DNA of 64,000 nucleotides. It comes from Macrostomum hystrix. Taxonomy: Eukaryota > Animalia > Platyhelminthes. Below, one piece after another: positions 49,452-60,020 of this stretch. The stretch spans positions 4,650,001 to 4,714,000 of the forward strand of contig CATNEN010000003.1 in assembly GCA_950097015.1 (NCBI GenBank), in the 5' to 3' direction. The notes beneath the pieces are model-generated. The model saw only the letters and a program-made list of their open reading frames with translations. It made no database searches and was not told the origin of the DNA. Made by a program: the position numbers and the translations under genes. Each line of letters opens with the position of its first letter. The stretch's first letter is position 1.

Positions 49452-50265
49452 AGGATAGAATCGTAGGAGGAATCAAAGAAGAGAATCGTAAGAGGAATCG
49501 AAGATAGAATCGTAGGAGGAATCGAAGATAGAATCGTAGGACGACTCGAAGATAGAATCGTAGGAGGAATCCAAGATAGAATCGTAGGAGGAATCGAAGA
49601 ATAGAATCGTAAGAGGAATCCAAGATAGAATCGTAGGAGGAATCGAAGAATAGAATCGTAAGAGGAATCCAAGATAGAATCGTAGGAGGAATCGAAGAAT
49701 AGAATCGTAGGAGGAATCGAAGAATAGAATCGTAAGAGGAATCGAAGATAGAATCGTAGGAGGAATCGAAGATAGAATCGTAGGACGACTCGAAGATAGA
49801 ATCGTAGGAGGAATCCAAGATAGAATCGTAGGAGGAATCGAAGAATAGAATCGTAAGAGGAATCCAAGATAGAATCGTAGGAGGAATCGAAGAATAGAAT
49901 CGTAGGAGGAATCGAAGAATAGAATCGTAAGAGGAATTGAAGAAAGAATCGTAGGACGACTCGAAGATAGAATCGTAGGAGGAATCGAAGATAGAATCGT
50001 AGGACGACTCGAAGATAGAATCGTAGGAGGAATCGAAGATAGAATCGTATGAGGAATCGAAGATAGAATCGTAGGAGGAATCGAAGAATAGAATCGTAGG
50101 AGGAATCGAAGATAGAATCGTAGGAGGAATCGAAGATAGAATCGTAGGAGGAATCGAAGATAGAATCGTAGGACGACTCGAAGAATAGAATCGTAGGAGG
50201 AATCGAAGATAAAATTGTAGGAGGAATCGAAGATAGAATCGTAGGAGGAATCGAAGATAGAATAC
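49452..50265. repeat. 24/25-bp minisatellite, probably in a 5'-UTR intron
   Basis: Unit gatagaatcgtaggaggaatcgaa. Lies between a donor-like gagg|gtaagc (about 49369) and acceptor ctatccccag| (50295). Confidence 0.93.
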
Positions 50266-50321
50266 AGTAAACTGAACTAAATCCTCTATCCCCAGACAGC
50301 CACCTCGTGACGCCAAGGAAA

Positions 50322-51135
50322 ATGTTTTCAAGAAGACGTTCTAAATTCATCCTATTCGTCTTTCTGCTTTTCGGCATCGTTTCTGCCGGTGGTGGCGGCG
50401 GCGGCGGAAGCTCCGCTGACTGCGGCCCGGGTCGCTATCGAGATCCGAGCACAGATCGCTGCGAGGCCTGTCCGAATTGCGCCGACTATCTGGAGTCGAT
50501 TGGTGCCAGCGACGCAAATCGAACATCTACTCCGTCAGCGACAGTTGGCGCTGAGACGCCTACGCAGAGGGCTGCCAGATTTGAAGTCTGCTCTCGCGAG
50601 CCCAGGTGTCGAGGCGAGATCCCGGCCAGCGGTGCGTCAACTTTTCATAGTTCTAAAAGTACTTTTCATAGTTCTAGAAGTACTTTTCATAGTTCTAAAA
50701 GTACTTTTCATAGTTCTAAAAGTACTTTGCATAGTTCTAAAAGTACATTTCATCGTTATAAAAGTACTTTTCGTAATTCTAAAAGTACTTTATAGTACTC
50801 TTAATGTACTCTATTAAAACTGTTTATATTGCCTTAAAATGCTTTGCCCTTGTTCATTCCACCCAGCCTCTCGCCGTTACCTTCTGGTCCGCGATCGAAG
50901 CGACCTCGAGCCGCTTGGCCTCGGCTCCGCAGCTGCCGTTGTCGGCTGCGTCTGCCTCATCGCTGGCGCCGTCGTCCTCGGCCGTCATCTTCGTCTGCGT
51001 CGTCTTCAACAGCGCGATCTAGGATCGTCCGAAGATAACGACGGCGGCGCTGTTGTGACGGCTGACGACGTCGACAATGTCCGCAGCTCGGTGGCCCTGA
51101 CTGGCCCACGGAGCAAGCTGGAACCCTCGGTTTAA
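50322..51135 (+). CDS. Type I membrane protein with a single TNFR-like Cys-rich module, 2 exons
   Basis: Exons 50322-50631 and 50867-51135 in phase 1. Signal peptide, CGPGRYRDPSTDRCEACPNC..C.....C, TM LGSAAAVVGCVCLIAGAVVLG, basic stop-transfer RHLRLRR, short tail. Confidence 0.75.
50640..50800. repeat. 21-bp minisatellite in TNFR-like intron
   Basis: Unit tacttttcatagttctaaaag. Confidence 0.9.
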
Positions 51136-51464
51136 ATTTTTTTATTCTCTGTGCACTTTAGTTTGCATTCCAAAACTCTGACCCAAAAGAAATGTTAAAT
51201 TATGCGATGCATTAAAATGTGCATTGCAAGCGCATGTTTATTTCTTCCATTGTGTTTTTATTTTATAGACTTTCAGTTTAAATCATGTATCTGTTTCAGA
51301 TTTTACTTTTAAACTCGTATTTTCATTCTTTTGTGGATCATTTTTCTATGGAAAGTTCTAAGCAGTAGCTCGATGTTTCCTTCGATCAAATAAAAATAAT
51401 ATTGTGCCTTATATTTTTATCTGAGAAATTCCATTCGGAATAATATCAGAAATTTTTGCAAGAG

Positions 51465-51880
51465 AATCCCCAACATCTATAGGAAATCCGTAAAAGGGAA
51501 TCCCCTGAAAAAAATAAATAAACTATAGAACGGAATGTCCACCATGGTAAAGTAGATCCGAAGAGAATTCCCGCCATCCATAGGAAAATCCCTGGAATGG
51601 AATTCCCGCGATCCATAGAAGAGAACCTCCGCAATCCATAGGAAAATCCCTGGAATGGGAATTCCCGCGATCCATCGAAGGGAATTCCCGCAATCCATAG
51701 GGAAATCCGAGAATGGGAATTCCCGCAATACATGAGGAAATCCGAGAATCCGAGAATGGGAATTCCCGCAATACATGAGGAAATCCGTGAAAGGGAATTC
51801 GCGCAATCTATGGGAAAATCTGCAGAATAGAATTCTTATAATCTACAATACAAGTCCACCAAGGGAATTTCCATCACGGA
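51465..51880. repeat. Degenerate palindromic-motif repeat, possibly a DNA-transposon remnant
   Basis: Recurrent gggaattcccgcaatccataggaaaatcc. Ends ccgtaaaagggaa.. and ..ttccatcacgg are roughly inverted. Confidence 0.55.
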
Positions 51881-52354
51881 TTTGCGAAAAATCAAACAAT
51901 TGTGTTTTTTGTTACTTTTCTTGCCGTAAAAAACCAACTGACTTACATACATTCTGCCATAGACTGTCATATTGCCCTGAAAAACTGTTTCCGATTATGA
52001 TGTAAATCCATTCAGTTATTTATTTTCTTTGTTAATAACAAACATATTACAGTTTTATATTGTAATAGGAAGCTGTATTTTAATATACTGCGACAGAATT
52101 AAGCGAAAATAAGAAAAAATGTTATTAATGCTTACGTGCGGCATCTTAGCGGACGTTGTTAATAAAAATTCATTTTTTCATAACAACTGTTAAAAGTTAA
52201 CATGTGACTTGTAAAGTACTAAGCAGTAAAATTTTCCAAAACAGTAAAAATATATTACTATTGGTATTAGTATCTGAACTAAAAACGTTCAAAAATGAAT
52301 GTGATAGATAAGAAAATTATTTGTCACACCAATTTAAATTGGGCCTTAGAGGCT

Positions 52355-52575
52355 GGGTGTACATCGTTGGAGTGAGGAGGTTGCTTCGGCATAGACGTAC
52401 ACCAGGGAGTGAGGTGGTTGCTTCGACCTAGGTATACATCAGGGGATTGAGGTGGTTGCTTCGGCCTAGGTGTACATCAGGGGAGTGAGGTGGTTGCTTC
52501 GGCCTAGGTGTACATCAGGGGAGTGAGGTGGTTGCTTCGACCTAGGTGTACATCAGGGGAGTGAGTTGGTTGTTT
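52355..52575. repeat. 38-bp minisatellite
   Basis: Unit ctaggtgtacatcaggggagtgaggtggttgcttcggc. Confidence 0.9.
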
Positions 52576-53209
52576 TTCACTAGGTGTGCAAGTGCAAGCA
52601 TGCGATTATACAAGTGTTAGCTGACAAATTGCCAACTGACAAATTAACAGGTAAATTTCAAAAAAAGACTCAGGATATAAAAACTGTGAAAGTAAAACAT
52701 AAGTCAGAACTGAGATTCGATCGACTTCATAAAAATTCACATTCGAGAACAATAAAACCAATAAAATAAGAAAGCAACGATAAACAATAGACTATGCGCT
52801 AACTAAGAAGTTAAGCAGAACAGTATATTGCTGAACAGTAAAATAAGTAGTCAGAAAACGCTAAATGACGATGATAAAAATTTCCTAACGTCATCATGAG
52901 ATTCGGAATTGTAGCTAAGCCTAAATACGAGCAAGAACTAATGAATATAATATACGAGTATATTATCGGACAGCTATGAAAAACTTATGATTATTTCTTT
53001 AAGGATTGAAGCTACATTAAAGCACCTGAGTCCACATCGTCACAACTATGATGGAGGTAGAATTACACTAGAAACATATTTTCCCGTGGCAAAAGTTTTC
53101 TAAATAAGCATTCGAAGGATACTGCAGGGAAGGAAATAGAAGACACTAAATAGTAATGGAAATCATGAAATAAAAACGATAAATAATGTCAACCGGGATG
53201 AGATGGAAA

Positions 53210-53610
53210 AGGGAAGAGGGTGAAATAAAAAAGGGAAGAGGTGCGATACAAAGGGGAAGAGGGTGAGATAGAAGGGGAAGAGGGTGAGATAGAAGGGGGA
53301 GAGGGTGAGATAGAAGGGGAAGAGGGTGAGATAGAAGGGGAAGAGGGTGAGATAGAAGGGGAGAGTGTGAGATAGAAGGGGAATAGGGTGAGATAGAAGG
53401 GGAAGAGGGTGAGATAGAAGGGGGAGAGGGTGAGATAGAAGGGGAAGAGGGTGAGATAGAAGGGGAAGAGGGTGAGATAGAAGGGGGAGAGGGTGAGACA
53501 GAAGGGGAAGAGGGTGAGATAGAAGGGGAAGAGGGTGAGATAGAAGGGGGAGAGGGTGAGATAGAAGGGGAAGAGGGTGAGATAGAAGGGGGAGAGGGTG
53601 AGATAGAAAA
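53210..53610. repeat. 21-bp polypurine minisatellite
   Basis: Unit gagggtgagatagaaggggaa. Confidence 0.93.
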
Positions 53611-53748
53611 GTAGACCAGGAAAGAAAAGAATCAAATAAACTAACGTTAACAAAAGAAAGACCAAACCCACAAAAGGAAAGCCAGGATCATTAAAAACCA
53701 GAGAGGTGCATGGCCAATCAATGATTGGACTTTCTTATCTCTAGCTGG

Positions 53749-56700
53749 TCATTCTCTGCGCACAGTGACTCGATGCCAGGCATTGCCCAGAAGGCCCCTG
53801 GCATTCCACACGGAGCTCCACCGTTCCGGCTGCTGATTGCCGTTATCGTCCACAGCTTTGCAGGCGATGGTGAGGCTGCCCCCTCTCGCCGGCATCGGCA
53901 GCTCCGCCTCCCACAGTCGCCAGGCCCAGCGCTGACCGAATGGTCCGGGAGACTTCAGCAGCCCATCAGGCAGATCGTCCGGACTAGACCAGCTGGCCAG
54001 CTTCCAGGAGGCGCCGTTGTCGACGGTGACTTCAACTCGAACAACCCCAGCGCCGGCGCCGCTAAAGGCGTAGCCGCGAATCACCAACAATTCAGCGTCA
54101 TCGTCGGACTCTTCAACAGCCGGGGCGGAGATCACGTGACCGTCTGGAGGCCAACAGATCGCGCTGGCTACGGGCCAATAGAGCTGAGCCGGAGCCTGCT
54201 CGAAATCTTCAACGGTCGGCGCGTCCATCGAGGGTGGAAATGTTTTATAGTCGCGACGCTGCCAGAAGCTGGGGCTCTCCTCAGTGCTCAGCGCGATGCG
54301 ACACAACCACTTCACACTGCGGGCACCGATGGCACCTGGTGCGGTGGTTACGGATGGATATTAGTACCTTTCATCACTCAGTCACTCTCTAGTTCTTCAG
54401 TCACTCTCTAGTTCTTCAGTCACTCTCTAGTTCTTCAGTCACTCTCTAGTTCTTCAGTCACTCTCTAGTTCCTAAGCCACATTCTAATTCCTCAGTCACT
54501 CTCAGTCTCTCTCTCCTCCCCTTGGTCACTCTCCATTCCTCAGTCACTCTCTATTCATCAGTCACTCTCCATTCCTCAGTCACTCTCTATTCATCAGTCA
54601 CTCTCCATTCCTCAGTCACTCTCTAGTTCTTCAGTCACTCTCTAGTTCTTCAGTCACTCTCTAGTTCCTAAGCCACATTCTAATTTCTCAGTCTCTCTCT
54701 CCTCCCCTTGGTCACTCTCCATTCCTCAGTCACTCTCTATTCATCAGTCACTCTCTATTCATCAGTCACTCTCCATTCCTCAGTCACTCTCTATTCATCA
54801 GTCACTCTCCATTCCTCAGTCACTCTCCATTCCTCAGTCACTCTCTATTCATCAGTCACTCTCCATTCCTCAGTCACTCTCTATTCATCAGTCACTCTCT
54901 ATTCTTCATTCGCTTTCTATTCCTCAGTCACACTCTATTCCTCATTCACTCTCTATTCCTCGGTCACTCTACATTCCTCAGTCATTTTCTATCCCTCAGC
55001 TCCCCATGAATCCCAGCAAATCCCGGGACAACTAATCCCAACTAACCCGGGACAACAAGCCTCAGCGGGTAACCGTGATCAGCCGGAATAGCTTCGCCGT
55101 TCATCTCGTAGGCCAATAGGAGGCCTCTAGACTCGTCGAAGGCCACCTCGATTGGCACCGACGCTCCGAAAAAGTCACCGGTTACCTTGTCCCTATCCAT
55201 GCCTTCGAATTGTACATGGCGATAGCCCATCTGTCTGGCCGTATGCAAGTCCAAACCGAATCTATCTTCGAGCACAGTATGCAGCGGTGCTCCAGTCCAT
55301 CGAGCATTAGACACGGCGGTCTGACGCCAGACCAGTCCGCGGGCTTGTTTCCACTCGGACATCTCGCTACGCCTGTTACCAGCGCAGGCCAAAGTAACGT
55401 CGTAACTAATTCTGGGATAATTATTGCGCAATTCTTCAACGCTAATAGGACTAACAGAGCGACTAACAATAGCGTCATTGTCAATAGCGTCACAGTCTAA
55501 TTGTACCGAGTGCTGATTGGCATCTGTAGGCAGGGCCGGAACAGGCAAATGATTCCTAACAAAATGTATTGAATTCGGAGTATAGTAACGATCGGTGAGT
55601 ATCTCGGGTGGGGACATTGCGTTGAATGGTTGCCGATTCACTGGCACTAGCAGAGGTGAACGCTTTGGCTCATTGGAAAAAGCGCCATCCGAGCTGCTGT
55701 TCTCTGCCGCTTTGAGTCGTTGTAGCTCTTCAGCATCAGTTGGGGTTAGTTGAGCAATGGCGTACTCAGACAATATCTGCTGCACGTGTGAAGTTTTATG
55801 CACGGCGTACAAATCCCAGAATGGTTCCACATCTTTGCCAGCGGCTAGCAGAATCTTCTCACCGCCCGGGTGGCTGGCCACGAACTTGGTGACATCATAC
55901 ACTGTGTTCTGCAGGCGTGAGAGATGAAACCTCTATAATACTGTGCTCATCCTATACTCAAACAGTGCTCATCCTAAACTCAAACTGTGCTCATCCTATA
56001 CTCAAACTGTGCTCATTCTATACTCAAACTATCCTATCCATAATACTGTGTTTATCCTATCCATAATACTGTGCTCATCCTATACTCAAACAGTGCTCAT
56101 CCTTCTCACCGCCCGGGTGGCTGGCCACGAATTTGGTGACATCATACACTGTGTTCTGCAGGCGTGAGAGATGAAACCTCTATAATACTGTGCTCATCCT
56201 ATACTCAAACTGTGCTCATCATATACTCAAACAGTGCTCATCCTAAACTCAAACTGTGCTCATCCTATACTCAAACTGTGCTCATCCTATACTCAAACAG
56301 TGCTCATTCTATACTCAAACTGTGCTCATCCTATACTCAAACTGTGCTCATCCTATACTCAAACTGTGCTCATCCTATGCTCAAACAGTGCTCATCCTAT
56401 ACTCAAACTGTGCTCATCCTATACTCAAACAGTGCTCATCCTATACTCAAACAGTGCTCATTCTATACTCAAACTGTGCTCATCCTATACTCAAACTGTG
56501 CTCATCCTATACTCAACTGTGCTCATCCTATACTCAAACTGTGCTCATCCTATACTCAAACTGTGCTCATTCTATACTCAAACTGTGCTCATCCAATACT
56601 CAAACTGTGCTCATCCTATACTCAAACTGTGCTCATCCTATACTCAAACTGTGCTCATTCTATACTCATTATATCCCGAATTTGCTTATCCTAATCCCCT

Positions 56701-57158
56701 ATGCCCCTAATCCCAATCTGCAAACTGTACTGCATTACCTGATAGATGACCCACACACCGTTTTGTAAACTGTTATGCTTTGCAACTTCAGCCAGAGTCA
56801 CAGTAGGCAACGATGCTTGTTGCGTTTCCATAGCAACGGTAGCGTTAGTCTCTACATTATTTCTACTCCTATCGTCATCCTTAGCAACGACAGTTGTTGC
56901 CAAGACAACCGATCCAGCGGCAGCGGCTGCAACCGCGGCAAACGTGCCACCTGAAAATCGGCCCTGACCATCGCCACTGGTCCTTTCCCAACGATTATCT
57001 TCGCCTTGACAACGCCTTGCGTCCTTAGCAACGGAAGAGGATGTTGTTAATAGGCGCCTAAATCTGAAGCTAGACGCCTGTTTAAAAACTTTATGAAGCA
57101 GCAACAGACGGCGGCCGGATTGGGCCGACCCAGTGAGATTCTTCAAAGCGTGCAAAGA
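53749..57158 (-). CDS. SUOX: Sulfite oxidase (targeting peptide, cytochrome b5, Moco and dimerisation domains); start codon not found in genome
   Basis: Exons 57158-56739, 55908-55047, 54335-53749. Motifs: EVAKHN..VWVIYQ|NTVYDVTKFVASHPGG, FVRNHLPVP, LACAGNRR, LLAYEMNGE.IPADHGYPLRLVVPG|AIGARSVKWL, GYAFSGAG, WAWRLW, WNARGLLGNAWHRV. Confidence 0.96.
54375..54985. repeat. 18-bp minisatellite filling SUOX intron 2
   Basis: Unit cagtcactctctattcat/ccattcct. Confidence 0.92.
55940..56668. repeat. 22-bp minisatellite filling SUOX intron 1, containing a duplicated exon start
   Basis: Unit ctgtgctcatcctatactcaaa. 56102-56190 copies 55855-55943. Confidence 0.93.
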
Positions 57159-57899
57159 CTGCAACAAAAGATTAGCGGCTATCGGTTTGAGCAGCCATTT
57201 CGTCGCGTTGCGTACTAACGAGTGCTTTAGAGGTCTGATAGAACGTTAAAACGTTACGGTAGACTAGATTTCAGAATACGGGAGTATTATAGACTCAATT
57301 AGGTGATCTGTCAGCATTGGTATACTCAGTTTGGGGATCTGTGAGTATGGTAGACTCAATTTGGGGATAATTTAAGGACAACAAGTCTGTCAGTAGTTAA
57401 AAAATTAACATTTATATAATGTATTTCACTAATTATAGCACAATCTTGGCAAAAGAATGCACATTCAAAAAGCAGAAATGAGACATGTAAAGAAAACTGA
57501 GAACTGGCAAATGATTTAAGGTAAGTGTTTTGTACCACTCGTATCATTATTATGGTGATACACACAGGCTCTCAAATAGATTCGTGTGGCGTTATTATTC
57601 GTTAAAGCTAGGAGTAATTCTTACTTGTATTTATGAGCAATTTTGAATTGCTCAATTAATCTGGATAATAAAAAAATACAATACGCATGCAAAGACAGGG
57701 AAAAATACACAATACACTTCATTAGAAGCATGAAACACTTTCTATTAGATCAAAGCGATCACTTTTCATTGGCTAACGTAGGTCCCGTGATTCACCCGAG
57801 TAGGGGTTTTCCGCAGTTGACTATTCTAAAAATAGCAACATCAATTGTCCAATCAGATTTTAAAGTCTAGTTATAAATAGCTTAAGTGATTTGAAATTG

Positions 57900-57990
57900 T
57901 GAAATTGTACTCTGCCAGACGATGAGAAAGTCAGGGCAGATGTAGACACAGCACAGCTTCATGTGCGAGTGTGTGCTAAGGAGTCTGCTA
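57900..57990 (+). mobile_element. SINE A fragment
   Basis: ctgccagacgatgagaaagtcagggcagatgtagacac..gtgtgctaaggagtc. Confidence 0.65.
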
Positions 57991-58273
57991 AGGAGACACA
58001 AAGTTACAGTCCAGAGCATTAGTTAATATTTATTATTGTTCTGGACAAAATATCGCGTACTCCATCTTCAAGAAGTTGTTAAAGAAAAAAAGAGGTTATA
58101 AAATGACCATTTTATTTTATATTATTACACAATCATACTACTGTAATATATAGCATAATCTTTCGTTTTTCATATACTAAACATTAGCATCCGACGTTGT
58201 CAGTTGTCCGAATCAATATTCCAATTGAGATGTCATTTCTCATAATAATCTGGGCAGGGAGTCGGCTGAGAGC

Positions 58274-60020
58274 CTACGGCCTACCGCCCGGATACGGAGG
58301 CTGTTGAAAAGACGGATAATAATATGGGGTCATGGCAGGCTGGCCGTACGGTGGCAGATTCGTCGCCGTTGTCGACATATGCGGCGGTATTGGCGGAGGC
58401 ATTGTCGGCGGAGCAGGCATCGCTGTTGTCCTATAGGCCGAGGAGGCTTGCACAATTCTCTGATTGGAAATCTCATTAATCTTGTCCGCCTTGGCCCGGC
58501 GCGTATGGTACAGAGCCCTGGCCTCCGTGTAGCGACTAACGAACTCGGGCAGGGCCAGTCGATTCGATAGAAACTGGTCCAATAGGGACTCGCTAGAATC
58601 TTCAGCTTCAAGGCATGCCGACTGCAGCAGGCTGTGCAGAGTGTCCATAGATTCGCCGCGCGAATTGCCCGACTTCAGTCGTTCGACAAGATCGCGATGC
58701 TGGCGAACTAGCTCGGCTGTCTCATTGTGCGCCGATATCAACGCTCGACGACCCTGCTCTAGTCGAGACTGTTGGCTCAGACTGTGCTCAGCTAGGCTAC
58801 GGTTTGTTGTACTCTCTGTTAGCTTGACCTCTTGAAGCTTGTTTAGCTGTAAATGGGTTGAAAAGTAGCTAAATAAAAATAATTGATTAATTAATAATTA
58901 TTATAATTATAATAATAATTCATTACACCTGCCCCAATTGGGTCAGATGTGCAGCCGACAGCACAGCCGCAGCTAATGCGCGGCGCATCTGAAGGCTGCG
59001 TACAGCTGTTCAGTCCACGGACTGGGGGGACGCCACACCCACCTTCAATTATCCCAGCTGATGCTGGTACCCATTTAACAGCTGGGTGAACTGAAGCAAT
59101 GCAGAGTTAAGTCTTTTGCTAAAGGACGCAAATTGTTCCAGTGGAGTCGGGAATCGAACCCCCGACCTTCAAGCCGTGAGTCCGACGCCCTAACCACTAG
59201 GCTACAACCTCTGGCTAAATAAGATCAGATAATAGGGCCGTGTGCAGCCCAGCCGTAGATAATGGCCTTACTAAAGGACAAAAATTGTTCCAGTGGAGTC
59301 AGGAATCGAACCCCCGACCTTCAAGCCGTGAGTCCGACGCCCTAACCACTAGGCTACAACCTCTGGCTAAATAAGATCAGATAATAGGGCCGTGTGCAGC
59401 CCAGCCATAGATAATGGCCTTACTAAAGGACAAAAATTGTTCCAGTGGAGTCAGGAATCGAACAGTTGACCTTAATATCAGTTTTTACATATTTTTCAGT
59501 TTTTTATCTCGAGATATTATCAATTTAGAATGATAAGAAATAGTAATATTCGTAAAAATAATTGTAGGAGGGTTGTGGGCACTACCCCAACTGTACATTC
59601 CGCTGAATCCTGTGAACACAAACGCACACATTCTTGAGTATAGCTACTGTATGCAGACATACACTCAAGCATTTATTTAGTGTGTACACCTGCCCAAGAC
59701 TGTTTCATTGTCAGATAGTGAACACTGTTTGTAGCTGATTGTGCCTTTTATAAACAAAGATTCTAATCAATGGGTTAGAAGCTCAAATTGATAGAGAACT
59801 AACTCACCTCGGCATCATCAGAGATTAGATTGTCAATAGTTCTATTGTCAAGTTTCAGCAAATCGTCCTTCTCCATGTTGCGCAGCAGGCCTAGAACATT
59901 GGAGTCAAAGCTGCTGCTGTTGCTGCCAACTGTCCTTGAACTGTTGGCACTACCTGGTGCAGCGACTGCAGGTGGCATTGGTGGTTGGCCCATAGAATAT
60001 GGCCCATTTTGTCCATACAT
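58274..60020 (-). CDS. VPS37: ESCRT-I subunit VPS37 (Mod(r) domain, Pro-rich tail; VPS37B/C-like)
   Basis: Exons 60020-59808 and 58846-58274, phase 0. Motifs NRSLAEHSL, LLQSACLEAEDSSESLLDQFL..LPEFVSRYTEARALYHTRRAKADKI, PPY-rich C-terminus. Confidence 0.88.
58878..59465 (-). mobile_element. Intact SINE B (58878-59213) with its head and flank tandemly duplicated (151-bp period)
   Basis: TSD gctaaataa. The unit ctaaaggac..ggaatcgaacccccgaccttcaagccgtgagtccgacgccctaaccactaggctacaacctctggctaaataagatcag.. is present about 2.3 times. Confidence 0.9.

Noticed and set aside
51121-51135. Class I PDZ-binding motif at the TNFR-like C-terminus (EPSV) linking it to Par-3
   Set aside because: Position -2 is Pro, not Ser/Thr.
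59140-59213. tRNA genes (also 6470-6535, 23420-23485, 44395-44465)
   Set aside because: A and B boxes are present but the cloverleaf/acceptor stems are incomplete, and where a flank is recognisable it continues into a SINE body.
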